Part shown: positions 16,310 through 25,426 of the stretch, piece after piece | Position numbering within the stretch: position 1 is the stretch's first letter | Layout: every line of letters starts with the position of its first letter | Assembly (NCBI GenBank): GCA_021828295.1 | Contig: JAKASF010000003.1 | Coordinates: 1-60,094, forward strand | Length of the DNA stretch: 60,094 nt | Origin: Candidatus Micrarchaeota archaeon | Lineage (GTDB): Archaea > Micrarchaeota > Micrarchaeia > Micrarchaeales > CABMGC01 | Direction: 5' to 3' | The notes under the pieces: generated by a model | The model's input: the letters and a program-made list of their open reading frames with translations, nothing else | What the model was told of the DNA's origin: nothing | The model's database searches: none | Position numbers and translations under genes: made by a program

Positions 16310-17938
16310 CTAGCTCACGGTGATGTTAGTCGTAGCCCGCGCTCCTTCCTCTCCCTGCACCACAAGCTCCCACTGGCTTCCCTGCGTCGGCGTGATCCTT
16401 ATGTGCCCGTTAGCGTACTCTATCTGGCCGGTGAAGTTCAGCGTGGCCGACGCGCCAGGCTGCAGCGTATAGCCAAAACTTCCATTTCCACCGCCCTGGA
16501 TTATGCAGGCTATGGAAGCCTGCTCAGCCATCGGGCATATCATTCCTTCGCAGGCGCAGCCCGCGCTTACGAACGGCAGCTCCAGCGTGCCGTTCGTGGT
16601 CACTATGAAGTCGAGCGACCTGAACGACCTCACATCCGCCCCCACGCTCACAAGCGTGTTGAGCTTCGCGTTGTCCTCAGCGCTAAGCATAGGAAATTCA
16701 AAGCTCGAGTTGGAACCCGCGCTCGCATTCTCGTTCACTAGCACATGTACGCCGTTAATCACGTCCTGCATCATCCCGGCGTGCATTCCGTCGCCCGCCT
16801 CTGCGTTAGCCGACGAGTTCAGCCCGAAAGCGTTGCCGCCGCCCTCTCCCTCCGATGCCAGCTGCATTCCCATCCAGCCCTGGAATGCGGGAGGCGCATC
16901 TATCTCAGCGCCTATTGTGGAGTTTGCCCCGAGCGGGCTCACGAACACTCTGGGCAGCCCGAACAGCAGCACGTGCCTCAAGGTTACGTTCACGTTCGCG
17001 TTGTTCTTTACTGTGACGCTCAGCCTTGTAGTTGCGTTGTTGACCACGCTCAGGTTATCCGAGGTTATTGTTATCACCGGCACCGTTGCGTTGAGCTGCT
17101 CGTGCTCGGTCTCTGTCAGCGTATGCCTCTCACCCACGTGTGCGGTGACGTTTGTGCTGCCCAGGAAGACTGCCTTTACAGAAGGGACCAACACGAACAG
17201 CGTCGAGTTGTCTGTGTATATGGTAGTGACTACCGGGCTCAGGTCTATCAGCACGCTGGAGTTGCTTGTGACAGCTCCTCCACCGGTCACCGGCACAGTG
17301 AGACTGCCGCTAGGCACCGTGACGTTGTACCTTGTGCCATTTATCACTATGTAGGCAGAGTTAATGTCGAAAGAAAGTAGGTTTATGGTGCTGTTAACAG
17401 GCACGCTGCCGCTTCCTATAACTTGGCTTGAGTTCACGAGAGCCATGAGGTCAAGGCTTCCGTTGCCGCTTCCAGACACCCACGCCGAGGCGTTGTTCGC
17501 GCCCACATAGCGCGCCTGAATAGAGGAGTAGCTTATGTTGAGTGCCTGCGTGCCGTTGGGCACTGTGGGAGGGTCGGTAAGGGAGAACACAACGGAGTTG
17601 CCGCTCCCGATTGCTCCTATGGCCGGCATTCCGAAAACGAATAGCGCCACTAGCCCAAGCAGTATCGCAAGAGCTGCAGCTATCTGGGGTATGTTGCCGA
17701 CCCTCTTCAGGCCCGATATGCTGCGTACATCAAAATCAGGATTCTGTTCGTAGTACTTCCATTTCTTCACGAAAGGGTTGTCCTTCTGCTTTATGGCCCC
17801 CATCTGCTCCAGCTCCTCTATGTGCTCGCTCACAGTAGATGGTGCGAGACCCAGCTCGCTGCTTATCTCTCCCGGAGTTTTCGCCCCTTTCGATACAATC
17901 TTCAGTATTCTCTTTTTCGTTTCCCACGTTTTGCTCAT
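16310..17938 (-). CDS. membrane-anchored wHTH regulator fused to an extracellular DUF4382-like, N-glycosylation-rich domain
   Basis: N-terminal ArsR-like wHTH: KKRILKIVSKGAKTPGEISSELGLAPSTVSEHIEELEQMGAI. One TM: IAAALAILLGLVALFVF. Then SLTDPPTVPNGTQALNISY...LDLMALVNSS...INGTRYNVTVPSGSL, which is DUF4382-like. More than 20 NxS/T sequons. Start chosen at MSKTWE; 17959 is the alternative. Confidence 0.7.
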   Translation of the reverse strand: MSKTWETKKRILKIVSKGAKTPGEISSELGLAPSTVSEHIEELEQMGAIKQKDNPFVKKWKYYEQNPDFDVRSISGLKRVGNIPQIAAALAILLGLVALFVFGMPAIGAIGSGNSVVFSLTDPPTVPNGTQALNISYSSIQARYVGANNASAWVSGSGNGSLDLMALVNSSQVIGSGSVPVNSTINLLSFDINSAYIVINGTRYNVTVPSGSLTVPVTGGGAVTSNSSVLIDLSPVVTTIYTDNSTLFVLVPSVKAVFLGSTNVTAHVGERHTLTETEHEQLNATVPVITITSDNLSVVNNATTRLSVTVKNNANVNVTLRHVLLFGLPRVFVSPLGANSTIGAEIDAPPAFQGWMGMQLASEGEGGGNAFGLNSSANAEAGDGMHAGMMQDVINGVHVLVNENASAGSNSSFEFPMLSAEDNAKLNTLVSVGADVRSFRSLDFIVTTNGTLELPFVSAGCACEGMICPMAEQASIACIIQGGGNGSFGYTLQPGASATLNFTGQIEYANGHIRITPTQGSQWELVVQGEEGARATTNITVS

Positions 17939-18050
17939 ACACCACACCTGCGGATGCAAATATTATGTACTAGCATTTTAAAATAAATTCTGGAAAGCTT
18001 CGGTTTTGTTTCGGTTTTGACGTCGCATAGCAAGTATATGCGTAAACCGC

Positions 18051-18893
18051 TTACGCGGCATAGAGTCCCTGTATCTGGGAAGCGTTCAGGGCGGCGTTAT
18101 AGATGCGCAGGTCGTCGATGCTCCCGTTGAAGTAGGCGGTGCCTCGCGGCGCCGGGGTGCCAACCACGTTCGCGCCGGCGTACATCCTGCCTATGTTGAC
18201 CGAATGGGCGCTACCCGTATCTATGGAACTCGTGTCGAATTGGCTTTCAGTAACGGTTCCAAGGAGTTGGCCATCCTCGTACATGCGCGCTCCTATGGGA
18301 GCAGCGCCCCGAGGGATCACGATAGCTATGAAGTGCCAGTTCCCGTTGGTCAGGTTCGGCGCGCTGTACACTATGTACGCGTCGTAAACCCTCAGGCCAA
18401 GATCGTTCCCCTCCACGCTCCATTCTATCCTCGCGCCCGGCGACTCGGAGCCATAAGTGAGCACGTCGCATACAGGCTTGAAGCACGATGTTGTTCTTAT
18501 CCATGCGGTGAACGTCCTCGCGCCATCTCCAGATACGCCGCTGTAGTTAGTCGATAGGTACTGGTTATTGCCGTTGAAGCCGAGCGCGTAGCCTGTCTTG
18601 CCCGCGACCCATTCCGGAGAGTTTACCAGCGTTGCCGCATTGCCGTTTCCGCTGCTGTCGTAGGCCGTCGTTCCGCTTCCCTCGTCGAATTTCCAATAGG
18701 CCTGGGGGCTGGCAATGGGAATGGCAGTTGTGGTTCGCACCGACGAAGATAGCGTTGTGCTGTTGGCCTTCGCGTTCGTCTGAATCGTCGATGTCGCCGC
18801 GCCGCCCCGCGGCCCGCCGCTGTAGAGCGCGTAACCGGCAACAAGCGCCGCTATTATCACAAGAACAACAGCATACTTTGCGTATCCGGCCAT
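18051..18893 (-). CDS. secreted or anchored LamG (concanavalin A-like lectin) domain protein
   Basis: 280 aa with an N-terminal TM. YWKFDEGSGTTAYDSSGNGNAATL, FTAWIRT, NGNWHFIAIV and FNGSIDDLRIYNAALNASQIQGLY are LamG/Laminin_G_3 hallmarks. Confidence 0.75.
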   Translation of the reverse strand: MAGYAKYAVVLVIIAALVAGYALYSGGPRGGAATSTIQTNAKANSTTLSSSVRTTTAIPIASPQAYWKFDEGSGTTAYDSSGNGNAATLVNSPEWVAGKTGYALGFNGNNQYLSTNYSGVSGDGARTFTAWIRTTSCFKPVCDVLTYGSESPGARIEWSVEGNDLGLRVYDAYIVYSAPNLTNGNWHFIAIVIPRGAAPIGARMYEDGQLLGTVTESQFDTSSIDTGSAHSVNIGRMYAGANVVGTPAPRGTAYFNGSIDDLRIYNAALNASQIQGLYAA

Positions 18894-19529
18894 CTAATCC
18901 TGGCTCCTCCAAAGATACAGGGAGGCGATAGACCTGTATGGGGCCCAGCGCGCCGATGTGGCCAGCATCCTGTCCCTGTTCGGCCTCCCCTTCAGCCCAT
19001 AGACCTTCCTGAAACCGTTCTGTATGCCTAGATCGTCCATAGGGAAGACGTCTACCCTGCGCAGGCTGAACATCAGGAACATCTCGGCCGTCCACCTCCC
19101 TATGCCCCTCACGTCATCGAGTATCGCTATCACCTCCTCGTCTGGCAGCTTTGCCAACCCGTCCAGATCGAGCTCCCCGTTTACCAGGCGCTCGCACAGG
19201 TCCTTTATGTACGAGTACTTCTGGGGTGAGATTCCAGAACCCTTCACCCTCTTCTCAGATGTCTTCAAGAACTCTTTAGGAGCAGGCAGCCTTCCACCAT
19301 ACAGTGCCTTGAACTTATTCGATATTGATTCCGCTGCCTTCCCAGATATCTGCTGGTAGATGAACGCATCGACTATAGCCTCGTACGGATTGGGCGGCCC
19401 CCATTCGTGGCGTATCATCCCGTACTTGGACACGAGTTTCGCCAGTTTGGCGTCGCGTTTCCTCAGGTGACGCATCGCCCTTGCCCATACCCTGATGTCG
19501 GCCATCGATTCGAAGCTGCTGCGCATCAA
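18894..19529 (-). CDS. HhH-GPD DNA glycosylase, 3-methyladenine DNA glycosylase II (AlkA)-like
   Basis: 211 aa. YEAIVDAFIYQQISGKAA and GIGRWTAEMFLMFSLRRVDVFPMDDLGIQNG form the HhH-GPD motif with the catalytic Asp. Confidence 0.8.
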   Translation of the reverse strand: MMRSSFESMADIRVWARAMRHLRKRDAKLAKLVSKYGMIRHEWGPPNPYEAIVDAFIYQQISGKAAESISNKFKALYGGRLPAPKEFLKTSEKRVKGSGISPQKYSYIKDLCERLVNGELDLDGLAKLPDEEVIAILDDVRGIGRWTAEMFLMFSLRRVDVFPMDDLGIQNGFRKVYGLKGRPNRDRMLATSARWAPYRSIASLYLWRSQD

Positions 19530-19639
19530 AGTCGTCTTTGTCCGCTAAACTATTTATTACAATGCGCATTCACTATGCCCTGCCTGTTGGACGTAAGTTT
19601 CTAATAGGTGAAGCGGCAAGTAACTGAATTGGTGGGAGC

Positions 19640-19939
19640 GTGCAGTACAAGGAATTCCTCAGGATAGAGCACATAAAGCGCGTGCTGGACGTGGTGGCCT
19701 ACGGTTCGCTCGGGATAGACGTGGCGATAGCGGTTGTGACGCTGATATCACTCAACATATACTCAATGGAGCTCAGCAGCATAGAGTACCTGCTTAACGT
19801 GGCAGTCACCATAGAGGTCATAGTGACCTTCGTGCTTCTCGTATCGCTCGCCTACCTCTACCACTACGAGAAGATAGTCGACAACCTGGCGAGCTTCAGC
19901 CGCATGCTCACCGGCAAGGGGAAGGGGAAAAATCGATGA
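19640..19939 (+). CDS. small membrane protein, hypothetical
   Basis: 99 aa with a GTG start and two or three hydrophobic helices. No family recognised. Confidence 0.4.
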   Translation: MQYKEFLRIEHIKRVLDVVAYGSLGIDVAIAVVTLISLNIYSMELSSIEYLLNVAVTIEVIVTFVLLVSLAYLYHYEKIVDNLASFSRMLTGKGKGKNR

Positions 19940-20011
19940 AAACCGTTCGCTCCAGCGCAGTTTTAAATACTACCTTTTGCAATATCTTCTCATAATAACG
20001 GGTATCTTACC

Positions 20012-21256
20012 ATGGCAAAATCCAGGGGGGTAGAGAAGTCAGAGCGGCTGCTGGTACTCGCAGTTGACGTCGACAACGATCTCTACAGGAAGACCAGGAT
20101 AGGCGGTCCGCTGATCGGCAGGGTCCAGAACCTCAGCGCGGCCACCCAGCTTGCCCTGGCGGATCCCGAGGACACGGACTCGAACACCATGTTCCAGGCC
20201 GTAAAGCTATACGACGACCTCAAGAAGGAGGGCTATTCGGTCAATGTCGCCACGATAACCGGAGCGGAGAGCGAGGGCTACACCGCAGACCGCGAGCTGA
20301 CAACGCAGCTCGAGAGGGTTCTCGACCAGGTGAAGGCCGACTCTTGCGTGTTCGTCACTGACGGCGCCAGCGATGAGCGCGTACTGCCTCTCGTGGAATC
20401 GAGGATAAAGATAGGCAGCGTCAAGTCGGTTACTGTCAAGCAGAGCAAGGCCCTGGAGAGCACGTACATAACGGTTCTGGAGAAGCTGAAGGAGCCGCAC
20501 TATGCCAGAATCGTGTTCGGCATACCCGCGCTGATCTTTCTCGGCTTCGCGGTCAGCTACGCCGCGGGCTTCGGCTGGGTGCCCCCGCTGCTGGTGCTCG
20601 GCCTGTATCTCTTCCTGCTCGGGTTCGGTTTCCTGAACTCTCTGGTTGAGTCGTTCCGCGGCTTCGGCTTCAGCATAGAGCGAATGAGCTTCGTCTTCTA
20701 CCTGAGCTCCCTTGTCTTCTTCATAGCCAGCCTATTCATAGGCGGCAGCAACTACTTCTTCCAGCTGAAGGCAACTGGGGACTCCAGCTTCGCCACCGCG
20801 TCTGCAGTCGAGGGCTTCCTGCTTCTCCTTCCGTTCATGCTGGGCATGTACCTGATAGGCCGCATGCTCGACACGAGGACGAGCAGGTACGTGTTCAGGA
20901 ACTTCCGCTACGGCGTCTACATAGGCTCGTCTTCGATAATCTGGGTGCTCTCCTACTCATTCATGGCGTGGCTGCTCGGCCAGATCTACTTCAGCCAGTT
21001 CCTCGGCTTCACGCTTCTTGCTATAGTCGTCGGAGTGGCGATATCCGTAGCGTCAAACATGCTCAGGACGCGCGCCCTGAAGAACAGGAAGCTGAAGAAC
21101 AAGGCCGTTGTCAACGAGCTCGGCACTCTGATCGGCAAGGTCGCCGGCATCGACACCAAGCGCGGCGGTCTCATCATAAATACGAACTTCGGCAACCCGA
21201 TAAGGTACAGCGTCGACCGCATAGTCGAGGTATCCGACAGGGTAGTTGTGAAGTAA
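20012..21256 (+). CDS. DUF373-family archaeal membrane protein
   Basis: 414 aa. LLVLAVDVDNDLYRKTRIGGPLIGRVQNLSAATQLALADPEDTDSNTMFQAVKLYD is the DUF373 signature, followed by multiple TM segments. Confidence 0.8.
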   Translation: MAKSRGVEKSERLLVLAVDVDNDLYRKTRIGGPLIGRVQNLSAATQLALADPEDTDSNTMFQAVKLYDDLKKEGYSVNVATITGAESEGYTADRELTTQLERVLDQVKADSCVFVTDGASDERVLPLVESRIKIGSVKSVTVKQSKALESTYITVLEKLKEPHYARIVFGIPALIFLGFAVSYAAGFGWVPPLLVLGLYLFLLGFGFLNSLVESFRGFGFSIERMSFVFYLSSLVFFIASLFIGGSNYFFQLKATGDSSFATASAVEGFLLLLPFMLGMYLIGRMLDTRTSRYVFRNFRYGVYIGSSSIIWVLSYSFMAWLLGQIYFSQFLGFTLLAIVVGVAISVASNMLRTRALKNRKLKNKAVVNELGTLIGKVAGIDTKRGGLIINTNFGNPIRYSVDRIVEVSDRVVVK

Positions 21257-21279
21257 AACTGCCTCGTCTTCTTCTGGTC

Positions 21280-22167
21280 TCACGGAGTGCTGTAGCCGGA
21301 GGTCCAGCTGCTCGTGAAGCTTAGGTCCGATGATATGGCATTCGCGTTGTTGCCGCTCGTGTCGTTTGTGTTGCCGTTGAGAGGCCACCAGCCAGCCAGA
21401 TTCTGAAGCCGCAGCGGAGCCCCTCCAATGCCTTCGGCATACAAAGATTGTATCTCGTTCGCTGAAAGAGATGCGTTGTATATCTGGACATTTGATATCA
21501 TGCCATCGAAGTCCTCCGACAGCGCGGAGTCGGCGCCTATTATCGAATTGTATGACCCGTACGATATGCCGCCGCTGTTTGATGCCTGCTTGTCGAAAGC
21601 CCCATTTATGTAGATGCTGACATAGGACCCATCGTAGGTCATCGCAACGAAGTTCCAGGTGGAATACGAGAAGCTCCCCGTGCTTAGAAGGGTAGTGGCC
21701 GAGCTCGCATGAACTCTCGCATAGACATTAAAGTTAGATCCCGTGTTATGGAGGAAGAGGCCGTAACCAACGTTGCAGCAGTTCCCTCCCTTATCCACAA
21801 GTGACGGGTTAGTGTTTGTCTGCGATGGATTCCCGTTTACCCACGCGGAAACTGTAAGCGTGGAAGGAACCTCTAGCTGAGACACAGAACCTATGTTTAC
21901 GTAAGAGTTTGCAGCAGAGAAGACACCCACATACTGCGGAAGGTCTACGTTGCAGAGTCCTTGGAGCACAATCAGGTCAACGCTCCACGGCCCATACGGC
22001 CTGTAGACTGTGCACGACCCGGGCGGCGCCCTCGGTGCGAACGCAAGTCCGTTGAATGCGCCGAGGGAGAAGAGCGCCACGAGCACGACCGCTATGATGA
22101 GTATGGCCCAGCCGTATGTGCTGAGGTACTCCATCGCGGACTGGGCTCTTGAATGCCTTGTGTGCAT
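21280..22167 (-). CDS. type IV pilin-like (class III signal peptide) protein with LamG domain
   Basis: 295 aa. N-terminus is RAQSAMEYLSTYGWAILIIAVVLVALF. C-terminal LamG marks are FDGMISNVQIYNASLSANEIQSLY and LAGWWPLNGNTNDTSGNNANA. Confidence 0.75.
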   Translation of the reverse strand: MHTRHSRAQSAMEYLSTYGWAILIIAVVLVALFSLGAFNGLAFAPRAPPGSCTVYRPYGPWSVDLIVLQGLCNVDLPQYVGVFSAANSYVNIGSVSQLEVPSTLTVSAWVNGNPSQTNTNPSLVDKGGNCCNVGYGLFLHNTGSNFNVYARVHASSATTLLSTGSFSYSTWNFVAMTYDGSYVSIYINGAFDKQASNSGGISYGSYNSIIGADSALSEDFDGMISNVQIYNASLSANEIQSLYAEGIGGAPLRLQNLAGWWPLNGNTNDTSGNNANAISSDLSFTSSWTSGYSTP

Positions 22168-22231
22168 AGTCGTCAGGCTCCTGATAAGTTTAAATATGTA
22201 CTCTTATTAAATCTAATAAGCAAACAACATC

Positions 22232-22540
22232 ATGGACCTCGATTACAGCAGCTACGACAACAGGAACATAGTGCTCAACGAGCTCATAGGGCTCAGGGTG
22301 CGCGTGCTCAAGTGCAGGGACAGGAAGCAGGTTGGTTTGCACGGTACCGTAGTAGACGAGAGCAAAAACACTCTCGTAGTAGACACGGGCAGCCGGCTCA
22401 AAAGGCTGGTTAAAGCAACGTCTACCTTTCGCTTTTACGCGGGAAGGAAGTCGTTCATAGTCAGCGGAGTCGAGATAGGCTTCCGGCCAGATGACCGGAT
22501 AGAGAAGGCAATGAAGTACTGGAAGAAGAGAGAGATCTGA
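22232..22540 (+). CDS. rnp1: RNase P protein component 1 (Rpp29/Pop4)
   Basis: 102 aa. LIGLRVRVLKCRDRKQVGLHGTVVDESKNTLVV is the Rpp29 signature. Lies in the canonical position before S17. TATA-like TTTAAATA at 22189..22196. Confidence 0.85.
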   Translation: MDLDYSSYDNRNIVLNELIGLRVRVLKCRDRKQVGLHGTVVDESKNTLVVDTGSRLKRLVKATSTFRFYAGRKSFIVSGVEIGFRPDDRIEKAMKYWKKREI

Positions 22541-22857
22541 TGCAGGAGAACAAGGCAAAATGCAACGACCCGAGATGCCCGGTTCACGGGCAGCTCAAGA
22601 CAAGGGGCTCACGCCTCATAGGCCTAGTCGTAAGCAGCAAGGCCAAGAAGACCGCGATCGTCAAGGTAGATTACACCATGTACCTGTACAAGTACGAGCG
22701 ATACCTCAGGAAGCATTCGAGGATAGCCGCGCACAACCCCGAATGCATAGGGGCGAGGGTCGGCGACACGGTTAGCCTGGCGGAGACGAGGCGCCTGAGC
22801 AAGACGAAGTCGTTCGCCATAACGGGCGTGTTGAAGCAGAAGCAGGTGGCGGCATGA
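22540..22857 (+). CDS. rps17: 30S ribosomal protein S17 (uS17)
   Basis: 105 aa. CNDPRCPVHGQLKTRG and TAIVKVDY are archaeal S17 motifs. Its ATG shares one base with the rnp1 stop codon. Confidence 0.95.
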   Translation: MQENKAKCNDPRCPVHGQLKTRGSRLIGLVVSSKAKKTAIVKVDYTMYLYKYERYLRKHSRIAAHNPECIGARVGDTVSLAETRRLSKTKSFAITGVLKQKQVAA

Positions 22858-23252
22858 GGGCCCTATCGTCAAGGATAAGCAGGACGCTCGTTCCCATGTC
22901 TACTATGACGTGCGCTGACAACAGCGGCGCGATGATCTTCAAGATAATCAACAAGCTCGGCAAGGGGCACGCGCACGGCAGGCTCGCGGCCGCGGGCCTT
23001 GGTGACATAGTAATAGCGAGCGTGATCAAGGGCACGCCCACCTATCTCAAGAAGCCGGTGCGCGTGGTCATAGTGAGGCAGAAGGCCCCGATAAGGAGGG
23101 GCAACGGCATGCGCCTCAGGTTCGAGGACAACGCCGGCATAATGATCGGGGACGACAACCTGCCGATAGGGACGGAGGTCAAGGGAGCGATCGCAAGGGA
23201 AGTGGTAGAGAGATTCGTCAAGGTGGCTGGAATAGCCTCCAGGATAGTGTGA
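22854..23252 (+). CDS. rpl14: 50S ribosomal protein L14 (uL14)
   Basis: 132 aa. CADNSGAMIFKII...GDIVIASVIKGTP. 4-nt overlap with S17. Confidence 0.95.
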   Translation: MRALSSRISRTLVPMSTMTCADNSGAMIFKIINKLGKGHAHGRLAAAGLGDIVIASVIKGTPTYLKKPVRVVIVRQKAPIRRGNGMRLRFEDNAGIMIGDDNLPIGTEVKGAIAREVVERFVKVAGIASRIV

Positions 23253-23662
23253 TGCTTATGATACAGAGCAGCAAGCCAAGGAAGCAGAGACTCTTCAGGT
23301 ACAACGCCGCAAACCACCTCAGGCAGAGGTTCGTGCACGCGCACGTGGCCAAGGAGCTGGCATCGAAGCTGGGCATAAAGAGGAGGAACGTGAGCGTGAG
23401 GAGAGGCGACACGATCAAGGTGATGAGCGGCGCCAAGCGCGGCAAGACCGGGAAGGTGCTGAGCGTCGACCTGGGCCGCGCAATCATCTTCGTCGAGGGC
23501 ATAACGCGCAAGAACGCGAAGGGCCGCGAGACGCAGATACCGATCAGCGCTTCAAACGTTTACATAACAGAGATGGACATGAGCGACAAGCTCAGGGCGT
23601 CGAAGCTGCATGTGGCTGCCCCCGCGGCGCCACAGACAGCGGCGGCAGCGGCAAAGAAGTGA
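23252..23662 (+). CDS. rpl24: 50S ribosomal protein L24 (uL24)
   Basis: SSKPRKQRLFRYNAANHLRQRF plus a KOW motif. The start is ambiguous between GTG 23249, ATG 23252 and ATG 23258. Confidence 0.9.
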   Translation: MLMIQSSKPRKQRLFRYNAANHLRQRFVHAHVAKELASKLGIKRRNVSVRRGDTIKVMSGAKRGKTGKVLSVDLGRAIIFVEGITRKNAKGRETQIPISASNVYITEMDMSDKLRASKLHVAAPAAPQTAAAAAKK

Positions 23663-23666
23663 GCGA

Positions 23667-24350
23667 ATGGCAAGACACGGAAACTCAAGGCATCTGAACA
23701 GGCTCGCGTCGAGCACGTATCCCAGAGTGAGCAAGAAGATCTCTAAGTATATTGCAAAACCCGCAGCGGGCAGGCACGCGCTGGGGCGCAGCATCGCCCT
23801 CGTGGTGCTGGTTAGGGACAAGCTGGGCCTGGCCGCGACCGCTGGCGAGGTCAGGAAGATCATAAACGCGGGAGGGGTGCAGGTGAACGGCAGGCTCGCT
23901 GTTGACGACAGGTATCCCCTGGGATTCGGAGACGTCGTCACGTTCGCGGGCTCCAAGGAGTCATACTCGATAGGCATAGACAAGGCTGGTAACATAAAGC
24001 TGGACAAGGCATCGGGCCGTGCGGGCTCAAGGACGCTGAAGGTTGTCGGCAAATACGTGGGCAGGGGCAACAAGGTCATGCTCAGGCTCTACGACGGCTC
24101 TACTGTCAAGGGCGAGGCCGCAACCAAGGTCAACGACTCTGTTGTGCTTAACGAGAAGGGCATCGGCTCCGTGCTCAAGTTCGAGAAGGGCGCCAGGTGC
24201 CTGGTCATAGCCGGCACTCACGCCTCGGAAAGGGGAGTGATAAAGGAGGTGAAGCAGGGCAACGCTACGAGCCTCGCCTCTGTGAAGATCGAGGGCGAAG
24301 GCGGCGCGTTTGAGACCCCGGCAGAGAACATAATGGTTATTGGTGCTTAA
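23667..24350 (+). CDS. rps4e: 30S ribosomal protein S4e (eS4)
   Basis: Internal ATG of the 246-aa track ORF. Reads MARHGNSRHLNRLASSTYPRVSKK, the typical S4e N-terminus. Confidence 0.9.
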   Translation: MARHGNSRHLNRLASSTYPRVSKKISKYIAKPAAGRHALGRSIALVVLVRDKLGLAATAGEVRKIINAGGVQVNGRLAVDDRYPLGFGDVVTFAGSKESYSIGIDKAGNIKLDKASGRAGSRTLKVVGKYVGRGNKVMLRLYDGSTVKGEAATKVNDSVVLNEKGIGSVLKFEKGARCLVIAGTHASERGVIKEVKQGNATSLASVKIEGEGGAFETPAENIMVIGA

Positions 24351-24352
24351 GC

Positions 24353-24871
24353 ATGGCGAATCAGATGCGCGAGATAAGGCTGGACAAGGTAGTGCTGAAC
24401 ATAGGCATAGGCAACAACGACCAGAAGATAGACAACGCACGCGCGCTGCTCAACAAGCTGACCGGCAGGCAGGCCGCGCACACCGTCGCAAAGAAGAGAT
24501 TCCCGGAATTCGGAATAAGGAAGGGCCAGGTCATAGGCGCGGTCGTCACGCTGAGGGGCAGGCAGGCATCCGAGTTCCTGAAGAGCGCGCTCGACGCGGC
24601 TAACAACACGGTGCAGCCCGGAGCTCTTGCCAACAACTCGATCAACTTCGGCATAAAGGAGTACATAGAGTTCAGCGGCGTGAAGTACGACCCGAAGATC
24701 GGAATGCTCGGGCTGAACATCAACGCCTCGTTCGCAAGGAGGGGCGTGCGCGTGGCGACGAGGAAGAGGAGGAACAGCAGCGTGGACGAGAAGCACAGGC
24801 GCATACCTGGCGATGAGCTCCGCGCCTATCTTGAGAAGAACTTCGGCGCAAAGGTCGCCGAGAGGGAATGA
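24353..24871 (+). CDS. rpl5: 50S ribosomal protein L5 (uL5)
   Basis: 172 aa. [16 protein letters not shown]...[12 protein letters not shown]. Confidence 0.95.
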   Translation: MANQMREIRLDKVVLNIGIGNNDQKIDNARALLNKLTGRQAAHTVAKKRFPEFGIRKGQVIGAVVTLRGRQASEFLKSALDAANNTVQPGALANNSINFGIKEYIEFSGVKYDPKIGMLGLNINASFARRGVRVATRKRRNSSVDEKHRRIPGDELRAYLEKNFGAKVAERE

Positions 24872-24873
24872 GC

Positions 24874-25029
24874 ATGAAGATGAACTACGACAAGAAGTTC
24901 AAGGGCAAGGGCCTGAGGAAGTGCCAGATATGCGGCAACTCCCGCGGGCTGATCAGGTCCTATAACCTCAACATTTGCAGGAGATGCTTCCGCGAGGTAG
25001 CGAAAGACATCGGATTCGAGAAGCTATAG
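24874..25029 (+). CDS. rps14: 30S ribosomal protein S14 type Z (uS14)
   Basis: 51 aa, so not in the ORF track. [51 protein letters not shown] contains the CxxC...CxxC zinc knuckle. Confidence 0.9.
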   Translation: MKMNYDKKFKGKGLRKCQICGNSRGLIRSYNLNICRRCFREVAKDIGFEKL

Positions 25030-25037
25030 TGGTGTTT

Positions 25038-25424
25038 ATGCCGGCAGATTTGCTATCAGAAAGCCTCAACAAGATAAAGATATACGAGAACCTGGGCAGG
25101 CCCGAATGCGTAGTGGCATCCACGCGGCTCGTCAGGAACGTGCTGCTCACGCTCAAGCAGAACGGATACGTGAGCGAGATAGAGGAAGTGAAGGACGGCA
25201 AGTTAGCTACCCTGCGGGTCTCGCTGGCAAACAAGATAAACAACATAGGCGCCGTGAAACCGAGGCACGCGGTCAAGGTCAACGACTACACCAGGTACGA
25301 GAACAGGTACATACCGAGCAAGGACTTCGGACTGTTGATCATGTCGACGCCTGCGGGCATAATGAGCAACAGGGACGCGAAGGAGAAGAGGATGGGCGGC
25401 AGGCTGCTCGCCTACGTTTACTAG
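25038..25424 (+). CDS. rps8: 30S ribosomal protein S8 (uS8)
   Basis: Internal ATG preceded by GGTG. Reads MPADLLSESLNKIKIYENLGRPECVV...GIMSNRDAKEKRMGGRLLAYVY. Confidence 0.9.
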   Translation: MPADLLSESLNKIKIYENLGRPECVVASTRLVRNVLLTLKQNGYVSEIEEVKDGKLATLRVSLANKINNIGAVKPRHAVKVNDYTRYENRYIPSKDFGLLIMSTPAGIMSNRDAKEKRMGGRLLAYVY

Positions 25425-25426
25425 TG

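Noticed and set aside
23249-23260. Identical 12-mer GTGATGCTTATG at the L14/L24 junction and again at the S8/L6 junction (25424..25435)
   Set aside because: Most simply explained as the same stop, SD-like GTGAT and start-codon arrangement used for translational coupling, not a mobile or regulatory repeat. It does make the exact L24 and L6 start codons ambiguous.
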